Shown here: one piece after another, positions 51,242 through 60,639 of the stretch
How the letters are laid out: each line of letters starts with the position of its first letter
Numbering within the stretch: the stretch's first letter is position 1
Source: an uncultured Trueperaceae bacterium
GTDB taxonomy: Bacteria; Deinococcota; Deinococci; Deinococcales; Trueperaceae
Length of the DNA stretch: 64,000 bases
Reading direction: 5' to 3'
Assembly (NCBI GenBank): GCA_963815215.1
Contig: CAWFFU010000011.1
Span: 608,001-672,000, forward strand
Notes under the pieces: generated by a model
Database searches by the model: none
What the model was told of the DNA's origin: nothing
The model's input: the letters and a program-made list of their open reading frames with translations, nothing else
Translations under genes and position numbers: made by a program

Positions 51242-52354
51242 GTGCCTGACGAGCCCCGCCCCGAACCCCCCCGCCCCGCTGCCCCCGGCGGCGCCCCGGC
51301 GCCCGCCGCCGTCCCACCCTGGCGTCGCGCCCGGCCCTGGATCCTGGCCGCCCTCGGGGTCTTCCTCCTACTGATGGCCCTCGCGCTGGTGGTCGCCTAC
51401 GAGCTCACCCCGGTGAGCGCCAACCCATCCAAGGTGACCTTCGACGTGAAGCCCGGTTGGGGGGGCAAGGAGGTCGCCGCCATGCTTCGGCGCGACGGCC
51501 TGGTGCGCAACGGCCGCATCTTCGAGCTCTACCTGCGCGCCCGGGGGCTCGACAGGAGCATCGGCGAAGGCCTCTACGACCTGAGCCCGTCGATGGGCGC
51601 GGCGCGGCTCGCGGCCGCTCTCGAGAAGGGCGGTCGCCCCCGCACCGTTCACGTTGTCATCCCCGAGGGGTGGCGGGCCACTCACATCGCGCAGGCGCTG
51701 CAGGAGGCCGGGCTGGGAACGGCCGACGCCTTCCTGGCGCTGATCCACGCCCCTGGCGACCTGCGCCCCGGCTTCGTCCCGGCGGGCGACGGACTCGAGG
51801 GTTACCTCTTCCCGGCCGCTTACGACATCCCGGTGAAGAGCACCCCCGAGGAGGTGCTCCAGCTCATGCTGCAACGCTTCCGGCAGGAGCTCGACGCGTC
51901 CACCGAGCAGCAGCTCCGCGCCAGGGGGATGACGGTACGCGCCTGGGTGACGTTGGCCAGCATGATCCAGGCCGAAGCCGCCAACCCGGGTGAGATGCCG
52001 ATCATCGCCGGCGTGTTCTTGAACCGCCTCGACCTCGGCATGCCGCTGCAATCCGACCCGACGGTGGCCTACGGGCTGGGCAAACCGCTTCCGAATCTCG
52101 AGGCCGGCGACCTGCACAAGGACAACCCCTGGAACACCTACACCCGCACCGGACTGCCGAAGGGTCCCATCGACAGCCCGGGCGACGCCGCCCTGCGTGC
52201 CGTGCTCGATCCCGTGCGCACCAACGCTCGGGGCGAGCGCTACCTCTACTTCCTCCATGCCCACCAGGGCGGGACGATCGTGTTCCGGCCCAACACCACC
52301 CTGCAGGCTCACAACGAGGACGTCCGGCGCTACCTGCAGGGCAACGCTCCCTGA
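51242..52354 (+). CDS. mltG: Endolytic transglycosylase MltG
   Basis: N-terminal TM, IPEG, LEGYLFP, ASMIQAE, NRL..GMPLQSDPT, NTY...GLPKGPI, YLYF; start inferred. Confidence 0.9.
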   Translation: MPDEPRPEPPRPAAPGGAPAPAAVPPWRRARPWILAALGVFLLLMALALVVAYELTPVSANPSKVTFDVKPGWGGKEVAAMLRRDGLVRNGRIFELYLRARGLDRSIGEGLYDLSPSMGAARLAAALEKGGRPRTVHVVIPEGWRATHIAQALQEAGLGTADAFLALIHAPGDLRPGFVPAGDGLEGYLFPAAYDIPVKSTPEEVLQLMLQRFRQELDASTEQQLRARGMTVRAWVTLASMIQAEAANPGEMPIIAGVFLNRLDLGMPLQSDPTVAYGLGKPLPNLEAGDLHKDNPWNTYTRTGLPKGPIDSPGDAALRAVLDPVRTNARGERYLYFLHAHQGGTIVFRPNTTLQAHNEDVRRYLQGNAP

Positions 52355-52433
52355 CGCGGGCAAGACGTCGTGAGGGCTCCTCTACACCGCCGCGAAGCTG
52401 CGCGGGCGGCTGTGTCCCTCGCGCCCGCGCGCG

Positions 52434-52463
52434 TTGACGTCCCGCGAAGTTAGCGAATACCAT
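52434..52463 (+). promoter_or_regulatory. Putative sigma70 promoter of the TRAP permease genes
   Basis: TTGACG-N18-TACCAT upstream of AAGGAG RBS. Confidence 0.45.
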
Positions 52464-52511
52464 GCTGTCAGTCGACCACGCGACAACCGGGTCCTTCGAA
52501 GGAGCGACACG

Positions 52512-53120
52512 TTGAAGTTCTTCCTTGCGGTGGCCAGAGGGATCGACGCCTTCACCACGGCGATCGGCAAGCTGATGTGGTGGCTCACGCTGTTCATGGT
52601 GCTCGTCGGCGTCTACAACGTCCTCACGCGCTACGGTTACAGCGTAGTGGCCGCGGTCTTCGGTGACGCCATCGCGGAGAAGGCGAGCGGCAACACCTAC
52701 CTCGAGCTGCAGACCTACGCCTACGATCTGGTGTTCCTGCTGGGAGCGGCCTACGTCTTGCGGACCGACGGCCACGTGCGCGTCGACGTTGTGTTCTCGA
52801 ACCTCCGCGCCCGCGTCAAGGCCTGGATCGACATCGTCGCAACGGTGCTGTTCCTGGTGCCCTTCAGTCTGATGGGCATCTACTTCAGCCATCGATACGT
52901 GGCGGCGAGCTGGCGGGCGCACGAGATGAGCCCCAACCCCGGCGGGCTGGCGCGCTACCCCATCAAGACGGTGATCGTCATCGCCTTCGCGCTACTGATC
53001 GCACAGGGCATCAGCGAGGTCATCAAGAACATCGCCTTCTTGTCGGGCCGCAAGAGATCGGGCAGCATGTACGCCACGGAGGAAGAGGACCCGCAAGACG
53101 AGAGCGCGGTGCGCGCCTGA
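52512..53120 (+). CDS. TRAP transporter small permease (DctQ)
   Basis: ELQ.Y, LGAAY.L..DGHVRVDV, E.SPNPGGL..YPIK; TTG start after AAGGAG. Confidence 0.88.
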   Translation: MKFFLAVARGIDAFTTAIGKLMWWLTLFMVLVGVYNVLTRYGYSVVAAVFGDAIAEKASGNTYLELQTYAYDLVFLLGAAYVLRTDGHVRVDVVFSNLRARVKAWIDIVATVLFLVPFSLMGIYFSHRYVAASWRAHEMSPNPGGLARYPIKTVIVIAFALLIAQGISEVIKNIAFLSGRKRSGSMYATEEEDPQDESAVRA

Positions 53121-54490
53121 TGCTCGGCCTGTGGATGTTCGCCGCGGCCGTCGTGCTGCTGCTGATCGGCTACCCGGTGGCGTTCAGCCTGGGCGGCACC
53201 GCGGTGCTCTTCACCTTCATCGGCAGCGACTTCACCGAGAAGTTCCTCGGCTTCGGTTTCCCGTGGCACCCCATCTTCACCGTGGCCCGCCTCAACATCC
53301 TGCCGCAGCGCATCTTCGGCAACATCATGGACAACTACACGTTGGTGGCGGTGCCGTTCTTCGTGTTCATGGGCGTCATGCTCGAGAAGTCCGGCCTGGC
53401 CGAGGAACTCTTGGAGACCATGGGCATCCTGTTCGGGAGCCTGCGCGGCGGGCTTGCCATCTCGGTGGTCGCCGTCGGCGCGCTGCTGGCCGCCTCGACC
53501 GGCGTCGTCGGCGCGTCGGTGGTGACGATGGGCGTCCTGGCCCTGCCGGTGATGCTGAAGTACAACTACAGCAAGCCGCTGGCGACGGGGGTCGTAGCCG
53601 CGTCCGGGACCCTCGGCCAGATCATCCCGCCGAGCATCGTGCTCGTGATCCTGGGCGACCAGCTCGGGGTTTCGGTCGGCGACCTCTTCCTGGGATCGTT
53701 CATCCCGGGCTTCGTGCTGGCCGGCCTGTACATGGTGTGGGTGGCCCTCGTTGCGTTGCTCCGTCCGAACGAGGCACCCGCGCTCCCGAAGGAGGCACGC
53801 AACATCTCCGGCGGGCAGCTCGCGTTGAAGGTCATCAAGAACCTCATCCCGCCCCTGTTCTTGATCCTGCTGGTCCTGGGCACCATCTTCTTCGGCATCG
53901 CCACGCCCACCGAGGCGGGCGCCATGGGCGCCGTCGGCGCCATGTTGCTGGCGATCTTCAACCGCCGGCTCACTCTCCGGAACCTCATCAACACCATGGA
54001 CCAGACGCTGAAGCTCACCAGCATGGTGTTCATGATCCTGGTAGGCGCGACCGCCTTCTCGATGGTGTTCCGTGCGCTACACGGCGACATCGCGGTCGAC
54101 AACTTCCTTACCAACCTGCCCTGGGGCGCCTTCGGCTTCGTGCTCTTCACGATGCTGGCGATCTTCCTGCTCGGCTTCTTCATCGACTTCATCGAGATCA
54201 CCTTCATCGTGGTGCCGCTCATCGCGCCGATCGCCCTGCGCATGTTCGGCCCCGACATGATGGTGTGGTTCGGCGTTCTCATCGCCATGAACCTGCAGGC
54301 GTCGTTCCTGACGCCGCCCTTCGGCTTCGCGTTGTTCTACCTCAAGGGGGTCGCGCCGCCCAACGTGCGCACGGTCGACATCTACCGCGGCATCATCCCC
54401 TTCGTGGTGATCCAGGTGATCGCGGTCGTGATCATCGCGATCGCGCCGGGAATCGTGCGCTTCCTGCCGGCCCTGGCGGCCGGGCACTGA
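53120..54490 (+). CDS. TRAP transporter large permease (DctM)
   Basis: AVPFFVFMG..LEKSG, ASTGVVGASV, GTLGQIIPPS, ATPTEA, SFLTPPFG. Confidence 0.92.
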   Translation: MLGLWMFAAAVVLLLIGYPVAFSLGGTAVLFTFIGSDFTEKFLGFGFPWHPIFTVARLNILPQRIFGNIMDNYTLVAVPFFVFMGVMLEKSGLAEELLETMGILFGSLRGGLAISVVAVGALLAASTGVVGASVVTMGVLALPVMLKYNYSKPLATGVVAASGTLGQIIPPSIVLVILGDQLGVSVGDLFLGSFIPGFVLAGLYMVWVALVALLRPNEAPALPKEARNISGGQLALKVIKNLIPPLFLILLVLGTIFFGIATPTEAGAMGAVGAMLLAIFNRRLTLRNLINTMDQTLKLTSMVFMILVGATAFSMVFRALHGDIAVDNFLTNLPWGAFGFVLFTMLAIFLLGFFIDFIEITFIVVPLIAPIALRMFGPDMMVWFGVLIAMNLQASFLTPPFGFALFYLKGVAPPNVRTVDIYRGIIPFVVIQVIAVVIIAIAPGIVRFLPALAAGH

Positions 54491-54595
54491 ACCGGCCAGG
54501 TACGGATCCGAGCGGGTACTGAACCGGGGCCGCGGGGCGGACGAGCGCCGGCCGGGCCCAGGACGCAGCACCCTCACGGACTCGAGTTCGACACT

Positions 54596-54630
54596 GCGAT
54601 GGCGCGCCCCGCTGGGGGCGCGCCATCGCT
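54596..54630. terminator. Stem-loop between convergent TRAP genes
   Basis: GCGATGGCGCGCCCC-GCTG-GGGGCGCGCCATCGC, a 15-bp stem. Confidence 0.6.
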
Positions 54631-54657
54631 CTTGCCGGCCACCGTCGCCGCGACGGC

Positions 54658-55740
54658 TCAGGTGTTGTTGTAGATGAAGTTCAGGTAGGCGTACTGGTTG
54701 ATCTTGTCGAAGCCACGCACCTGCGCCATGAAGGGCGTCATGGAATCGGAGATCTTCTTGTACATGGCATTGCTGCCGCGCAGACCGTCGTTGACCTTGA
54801 CCCAGTTCTCGTAGAGGACCTTCAGCACCGGCTCGGGGAACACCTTCGGCTGCGTGCCGCCGGCGACCAGTCGCTTGAAGGCGGCCGGATCCTTGTCGGT
54901 GTAGTCCGACAGCATCTGGATGTTGGTGGCCTGGGTGGCGTCGGCCACGATCGACTGGACGTCGGAGGGCATGCCCTTCCAAGTATCGAGGTTGACGTAG
55001 AGGCAGAACGCCGCGCCCGGCTCCTGCCAGCCCGGGCTGTAGTAGTACTTGGCAGCCTTGTTGAGGCCCAGGATCTCGTCGTCGTGCGGGCCGACCCACT
55101 CGGCGGCGTCCAGCACGCCACGCTGCAGCGCCAGGAAGATCTCGCCGCCGCCCAGGGTCTGGACGTTGACGCCAGCGGACGAGTACACCTTGGCGCCGAG
55201 CCCGGCCGTACGGAACGACAAGCCCTGCAGGTCAGCCGGGGTGTTGATCTCCTTGTTGAACCAGCCCGCCATCTGCTGGCCGGTGTTGCCGGCGAGCAGC
55301 GGCTTGAGGTTGCTGTTGCCGCTCAGCTCGTCCCACAGCGCCTGCCCGCCTCCGGATTCGATCCAGGAGTTGATCTGCTTGGGAGTCAGGCCGAACGGCA
55401 CCGTCGTGAAGAACGCATGCGCCGGGTCCTTGCCGACGTAGTAGTAGGAGGCGGTGTGCCCCATCTCGAAGGCGCCGCTCGACACCGCGTCGAACACCTC
55501 GAGGGCACCGACCTGGGCGCCGGCTTCGTACACCTGGATGGTGATGTCGCCGTTGGTCGCCGCCTTCACCCGGTCGGCGATGCTCTGGGCGCCGCCGAAC
55601 AGGATGTCGAGCGACCGCGGCCACGAGGTGACCATGCTCCACTGCATCTTGGACCGTTGGGCGTTGGCGAACATGAGGGGCGACAGGGTCGCGCCAGCCG
55701 CAACAACGCCAGCCTTCTTGAGGAAATCACGGCGCTTCAT
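54658..55740 (-). CDS. TRAP substrate-binding protein, TakP (2-oxoacid/monocarboxylate) subfamily, Tat-exported
   Basis: KRRDFLK twin-arginine signal, W.MVTSWP, HTASYYY.GK, GNTG.QMAGWF.KEI, AEWVGP.DD. Confidence 0.88.
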   Translation of the reverse strand: MKRRDFLKKAGVVAAGATLSPLMFANAQRSKMQWSMVTSWPRSLDILFGGAQSIADRVKAATNGDITIQVYEAGAQVGALEVFDAVSSGAFEMGHTASYYYVGKDPAHAFFTTVPFGLTPKQINSWIESGGGQALWDELSGNSNLKPLLAGNTGQQMAGWFNKEINTPADLQGLSFRTAGLGAKVYSSAGVNVQTLGGGEIFLALQRGVLDAAEWVGPHDDEILGLNKAAKYYYSPGWQEPGAAFCLYVNLDTWKGMPSDVQSIVADATQATNIQMLSDYTDKDPAAFKRLVAGGTQPKVFPEPVLKVLYENWVKVNDGLRGSNAMYKKISDSMTPFMAQVRGFDKINQYAYLNFIYNNT

Positions 55741-55996
55741 AGAACCTCCCGGTACTGGTCTCGCAGGTTTTTGAGCCAGGCTCAGTATACGGATGGTCGA
55801 CCGGCCCGTGCGGGGCGCAACTGTGTACGCCGCTCGTGGCCGCGTCGTCGAGCCCGGCACGAGAAGGGCCGGGGACGGCCGATCCCGTTCGCCCCGCCCC
55901 GCTCCTCGTCCCCAACCGCTCCATGACACCAAGGTGGTAGGTTTGGACGGGTTGCTCATCGCAACCTCACAATCCAGCCACCCCTAGGAGGGAATC

Positions 55997-56890
55997 GTGT
56001 TGAAGTTGCTCGGCCGGGCTCTGGCCACTATCGTGCTCGTTGGCACCCTGGGAACGGCGGCCGCCCAACAGGCCATCACCGTCCGCATCGGGTTCAACCC
56101 TACCCAGAATTCGGATCAGCTGTCCGCTGCCTCCAACGCCATCGCCACCTACCTGGAGAAGCAGTTCGGCGGCGCGGTCGAGGTGAAGGTCTACATGCCC
56201 ACCGACTACCGCGGCCTGATCGAGGCGATGGGCTCGGGCAACCTGGACTTCGCGTTCTTCCCGCCCGACGGCTTCGTGATCGCCAACCAGGAGATCGGCG
56301 CCCAGGTGCTGCTGAAGTCCGTTCGTTTCGGCAACCCCTACTACTGGTCGGCCATCGTGGTTCGCAAGGACAGCGGCATCAGCAAGCTCGCCGACCTCGA
56401 AGGCAAGTCGATCGCCTGGGTGGACCCGAACTCGGCGGCCGGCTACACCTTCCCGCGCGCCGCGTTGATCCAGGCCGGCATCAATCCCGACACCTTCTTC
56501 TCCAAGCAGACCTTCGCAGGCGGCCACGACGCCGCCGTGCTGGCGGTCTACAACGGCTCGGTCGACGCCGCAGCGGTGTTCGCCAACGACGACCAGAACA
56601 AGTCGGGCGCCTGGACCCAGTTCCTCAAGGCCGATCAGGCGCAGGCGCTCACCGCCATCTACTACACGCGCCCCATCCCCGGCGACACCTTCAGCGTCTC
56701 CAAGCAGTTCGCGGCCGATCACCCGGCGCTGACGTACCAGATCGCGGCCGCCATCGCTGCCATCAAGGCGCCCGACAACAAGCTCCTGTACAACCTCTAC
56801 CAGATCGACTACATGATCCCCGCTGACAGCCAGGACTACGCCGTCGTTCGCGACACGCGGCGGATCCTCGGGTTGGACAAGAAGCAGTAG
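55997..56890 (+). CDS. phnD: Phosphate/phosphite/phosphonate ABC substrate-binding protein
   Basis: Signal peptide, DY..LIEAM, YYWSAIVV, DPNSAAGY.FP, GGHD, IPGD. Confidence 0.85.
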   Translation: MLKLLGRALATIVLVGTLGTAAAQQAITVRIGFNPTQNSDQLSAASNAIATYLEKQFGGAVEVKVYMPTDYRGLIEAMGSGNLDFAFFPPDGFVIANQEIGAQVLLKSVRFGNPYYWSAIVVRKDSGISKLADLEGKSIAWVDPNSAAGYTFPRAALIQAGINPDTFFSKQTFAGGHDAAVLAVYNGSVDAAAVFANDDQNKSGAWTQFLKADQAQALTAIYYTRPIPGDTFSVSKQFAADHPALTYQIAAAIAAIKAPDNKLLYNLYQIDYMIPADSQDYAVVRDTRRILGLDKKQ

Positions 56891-56896
56891 CGTCCC

Positions 56897-56930
56897 CGGG
56901 GGCCGGGCGGTCTCCGCCGCCCGGCCCCCG
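56897..56930 (+). terminator. Stem-loop after phnD
   Basis: 14-bp stem CGGGGGCCGGGCGG-TCTCCG-CCGCCCGGCCCCCG. Confidence 0.5.
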
Positions 56931-56940
56931 TCACCGCCCC

Positions 56941-57690
56941 ATGATCGAGGTCAACAACCTCCACAAGGTCTTCCCGGACGGCACGAAGGCGCTCCAGGAC
57001 GTGAGCGTATCCATCCCCGACGGCGACTTCGTCGCCGTCATCGGTCTCTCCGGCGCCGGCAAGTCGACCTTCCTGCGCTGCCTCAACCGCCTGGTCGATC
57101 CCACCGGCGGCACCATCGCCGTGGGCGGAAGCGATGTCGCGGCGTTGCGCGGCCGCGCGCTCCAGCGCTACCGCCGCACCGTTGGCTTCATCTTCCAGCA
57201 GTTCAATCTCGTCACCCGTCTCTCGGTGCTCGACAACGTGCTCTCCGGCCGGCTCGGCTACCACCGGACCTGGCGCGGCATGCTGGCGCTGTACAACGAT
57301 CGCGACTACGAGCTCGCCCAGGCGGCGATCCGCGAGGTCGGACTGGCGGGGCGCGAGAACACGCGCGTCGACCAGCTCTCAGGCGGGCAGCAGCAACGTG
57401 TCGCCATCGCCCGCGCCATGACGCAGGAGCCCGATCTCATCCTTGCCGACGAGCCCATGGCCAGCCTCGATCCGCGCCTCTCCGACGTCATCCTCGGACT
57501 CCTCAAGCAATACAACGAGGCGCGCGGGGTGACGGTTCTGGTCAACATCCACGTGATCGAGCTGGCGAAGCGCTACGCCCGCCGCGTGATCGCGTTCAAC
57601 CAGGGGCGCATCGTCTTCGACGGACCGGTCTCCGAGCTCGACCACGACCTCGAGTCCACCATCTACGCGGGATCGCTGGAGACGCTCTGA
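56941..57690 (+). CDS. phnC: Phosphonate ABC ATPase
   Basis: [51 protein letters not shown]. Confidence 0.9.
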   Translation: MIEVNNLHKVFPDGTKALQDVSVSIPDGDFVAVIGLSGAGKSTFLRCLNRLVDPTGGTIAVGGSDVAALRGRALQRYRRTVGFIFQQFNLVTRLSVLDNVLSGRLGYHRTWRGMLALYNDRDYELAQAAIREVGLAGRENTRVDQLSGGQQQRVAIARAMTQEPDLILADEPMASLDPRLSDVILGLLKQYNEARGVTVLVNIHVIELAKRYARRVIAFNQGRIVFDGPVSELDHDLESTIYAGSLETL

Positions 57691-59321
57691 TGTGGGTCGC
57701 CTTCGCTCTCGGTGGGATCGCCGCCGTCCTCATGGGCCTGGCGAACGGCTCCATGCGCCGCCTGGTGATCGGCGGCGGCGTCGCCCTGGCCGTCGCCTAC
57801 TTCGCCTTCCCCATGTTCGCGGCCGACGGCTTCGTCAGCCGCGACACCGTCAGTCCGACGCTGTTCGGATTGGCGCCGACCCATCCGGCGCTGGTACTGG
57901 TGCTGCTCGCAGCACTCGTCGCCGTCGCGACTGCGCGGCTGCCGCGACGCGTCGGTGGCTCGCTGGTCGCACTGGGTGCGCTGGTCACAGCCGGGCTGAC
58001 GTGGAGCGCCCAGGCGGGGTCACCGCAACTGGTGCACCTGCTGCCGCTCCCGGGCGTGATGGAGGCCCTGACCGGCCTGGCTCTCGCAGCGGCCCTGACG
58101 CTGCTCGGCTGGGGCTCGCGCCGCCTGCGGATCCCCATGCTGGTGATCGGCGTAGCGGCAGGCGTGGTGGCCTTCGGCTTCCTGGTCGGGCCGGCGGGCC
58201 ACCGGTTGTTCCCCAACGCCGATGGCTACTACCGACTGACGACGCCCGTCGGCGAGAGCGTGCAGACGGCCATCGTCGCCGAGTACAACGCCAACCTGGA
58301 CACCATCAACGCACAGCGCACGCGCATCGGACTCCACACCCTGCCGCCGATCGAGTCCGTGAAGAACCTCGACACAGAGCGGCTTCCGGAGGCGGCATCC
58401 GGCAAGGGCTACCGCATGGTGCGACCGGCGAAGAGCCGCTACGGCGTGTGGGTGGCGATGTTGCTCGCCGGCGTCCTGCTGGGGAGCGGTGCCATGCTCG
58501 CCTGGCGCCCGCGGTTGCACGAATCGGGCGACGTGGCGGGCGGCATCCTGTACGCGGCGGTGCTGTTGTCTCTGGCTCCGGCGTTCGCTTCGACCGAGTT
58601 CAGCTTCGCCAAGCTGGCTGAGGGCTGGCCCTTCTTGATGAAGTTCCTGGACCGGGCCTGGCCACCGCTGTGGGCCGACCCGAGCTACGGCCAGTTCGGC
58701 ATCTTCCCGCTCCAGGAGGTCGCCAGCCAGATGCTCATCACGCTCGAGATCGCGCTGGTGGGCACGTTCCTGGGCGCGCTCTTCGCGGTGCCTCTGAGCT
58801 TCCTTGCGGCGCGCAACCTGACGCAGGGCAACGCCCTGATGCGCGTGGTGTTCGCGGTCACGCGAGGGTTGTTCAATCTCGACCGCGGCGTGGACACCCT
58901 CATCCTGGCCCTGATCTTCGTGGCGGCCGTCGGGCTGGGCCCCTTCGCCGGAGTGCTGGCCATGGCCATCCACTCGATCGCCGACCTCGGGAAGCTCTAC
59001 TCCGAGTCGATCGAGAACGTCGATCGGGGGCCGATCGAGGCGTTGGAGGCGGTGGGGGCATCGGGCAGCAACGTCGTCAGGTGGTCGATCCTGCCACAGG
59101 TGTCGCCGCTGTTCCTGGGGTGGACCCTGTACCGCTTCGAGATCAACTTCCGCGTGTCCATCGTGCTCGGGCTGGTGGGCGCGGGAGGCATCGGCTTCTT
59201 CATCCAGGACAAGATGTCATCGGGTCGCTACGATCAGATGATCATCGCCATCCTCGCCATCGTCATCGTGGTGAACATCATCGACTTCGCCTCCTCCTGG
59301 CTGCGCTCCCGGCTCGTATGA
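57690..59321 (+). CDS. phnE: Phosphonate ABC permease PhnE with long N-terminal extension
   Basis: C-terminal FLAARN, AVGLGPFAGVLA, LGKLYSE.IE, YRFEINFR, LVGAGGIG; about 300 extra N-terminal residues. Confidence 0.82.
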   Translation: MWVAFALGGIAAVLMGLANGSMRRLVIGGGVALAVAYFAFPMFAADGFVSRDTVSPTLFGLAPTHPALVLVLLAALVAVATARLPRRVGGSLVALGALVTAGLTWSAQAGSPQLVHLLPLPGVMEALTGLALAAALTLLGWGSRRLRIPMLVIGVAAGVVAFGFLVGPAGHRLFPNADGYYRLTTPVGESVQTAIVAEYNANLDTINAQRTRIGLHTLPPIESVKNLDTERLPEAASGKGYRMVRPAKSRYGVWVAMLLAGVLLGSGAMLAWRPRLHESGDVAGGILYAAVLLSLAPAFASTEFSFAKLAEGWPFLMKFLDRAWPPLWADPSYGQFGIFPLQEVASQMLITLEIALVGTFLGALFAVPLSFLAARNLTQGNALMRVVFAVTRGLFNLDRGVDTLILALIFVAAVGLGPFAGVLAMAIHSIADLGKLYSESIENVDRGPIEALEAVGASGSNVVRWSILPQVSPLFLGWTLYRFEINFRVSIVLGLVGAGGIGFFIQDKMSSGRYDQMIIAILAIVIVVNIIDFASSWLRSRLV

Positions 59322-59377
59322 GGCCGCCTTTTCCGGCTCCTCACGGTCCGCGCGCCAACGCCGCTACAATGGCGGGC

Positions 59378-59866
59378 ATGAGGTCTTCCCTGAGAACCCG
59401 CGTCCTGTTGGGACTGATCGTCGCTGTGCTGGTCTCCGGAATCTCGAGCGCCAGCGCCCAGGGCAACTGGTTCGGCGTCAGGACCGGCTACCCGCTGGGC
59501 GTCACCATCCACTACGGCATCGCCAATGCCCTGTCCAACGGCTTCGACCTGCGGGTCAGCGGGCACGTCGTCGCCCACGGCGGCCAGGCGCGCATCGGCA
59601 TCGGCCTCGACGCCATGCACACCATCGCCGCGGCGTCGCCCTTCTCCCTGTACCTTGGGGCGGGACCGGCCATCGAGTTCGGGGCCGGCAAGGCGTGGCT
59701 CGACCTGCACGCCCTTCTCGGCGGTGAGTTCCGCTTCGTGGACCTCGGCCTACCCCAACTCGGGATCTTCGCCGAAGGCACGCTCGGAGCCGCCATCGGG
59801 CTCTCCGACGGCTCGGCCGAGATCCCGACGTTCGGCGCGGCGCTGGGCGTCAACTACCACTTCTGA
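59378..59866 (+). CDS. Exported hypothetical protein, probable small outer-membrane beta-barrel
   Basis: Signal peptide ending ASAQ, alternating Gly/aromatic strands, C-terminal GVNYHF; TACAAT 7 nt before the ATG. Confidence 0.65.
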   Translation: MRSSLRTRVLLGLIVAVLVSGISSASAQGNWFGVRTGYPLGVTIHYGIANALSNGFDLRVSGHVVAHGGQARIGIGLDAMHTIAAASPFSLYLGAGPAIEFGAGKAWLDLHALLGGEFRFVDLGLPQLGIFAEGTLGAAIGLSDGSAEIPTFGAALGVNYHF

Positions 59867-60428
59867 TCGACCCGCGCTCAAAGCCCCCGTTGCGCTCGAC
59901 CAGCGCCACCAGGGCCTCGGGATCGCGCGGCGCCAGCAGCAGCGGCGGCCCCTTCTCGAAGTGAAGGAGCACGCCGTCGCCCCGGGGTGAGGCCACGACC
60001 ACACGCGCTGAACGCGCGCCGCGCAGGCGCCAGCGCCCCACGTAGTAGCCGGGAAGATGGCTCTGCCCCCACCCGAGACGTGCGCCGGGCAGGATCAGCA
60101 GGTCGTAGCGCAGGACCTCGGCCCTGCGCACGCTCGCCAGCGGGACTCGGAAGCGCGACAGCAGCGTGGTGACCTCCAGGGAGCGGCCGCGCAGCCGGTA
60201 GTCGAGTCGACGCGGCGCGTTGCTCAGCGACCACGCGCCGATCCCCACGGCGCCGAGCCCGATGGCCGTGCCGAGAACGGCCAGAACGGGCTGGAGCCGC
60301 TGATCGCGCGGTGTCTGCGGATCCACCGCACCCCACAACAGAGCGGCGGGCACGGCCAGGCCGGCCGTGAGCAGGAGCACCAGCGGCCAGCTCCGAGCGG
60401 GTTCACGTCGCGGCCCCAGCTCACGCAT
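59850..60428 (-). CDS. Membrane protein with bacterial PH-like domain
   Basis: Two TM helices, then Y.L....L.V, RLGWG...[20 protein letters not shown]. Confidence 0.65.
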   Translation of the reverse strand: MRELGPRREPARSWPLVLLLTAGLAVPAALLWGAVDPQTPRDQRLQPVLAVLGTAIGLGAVGIGAWSLSNAPRRLDYRLRGRSLEVTTLLSRFRVPLASVRRAEVLRYDLLILPGARLGWGQSHLPGYYVGRWRLRGARSARVVVASPRGDGVLLHFEKGPPLLLAPRDPEALVALVERNGGFERGSIRSGS

Positions 60429-60609
60429 CCGGCGACTCCTTCCCGCCTTCGGAGCGGTCACGACGGGCGCGGCCCGCGCGCGAGAGCGCGTCCTTGAGGA
60501 GGAATTCGATCTGGGCGTTCACGCTCCGCAGGTCGTCCGCCGCCCACTTCTCGAGGGCGCGGTAGACCTCAGGATCGATCCGGAGCAGGAAGCGCTTCTT
60601 CTCGGCCAT
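60421..60609 (-). CDS. Arc-like ribbon-helix-helix DNA-binding protein
   Basis: [38 protein letters not shown]. Confidence 0.85.
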   Translation of the reverse strand: MAEKKRFLLRIDPEVYRALEKWAADDLRSVNAQIEFLLKDALSRAGRARRDRSEGGKESPDA

Positions 60610-60639
60610 CGTTCCACGTTCCGCTCCCGGCGTGCGCCG

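Noticed and set aside
54481..54527. 15-bp direct repeat CGGG(C/T)ACTGAACCGG duplicating the dctM 3' end, as a possible insertion-site scar
   Set aside because: The copies are only 17 nt apart with nothing mobile between them; this is most likely a local duplication.
60421..60609. RHH protein as the antitoxin of a toxin-antitoxin pair
   Set aside because: There is no adjacent PIN/RelE/GNAT toxin; the neighbours are SPFH, hydrolase and PH-domain genes.
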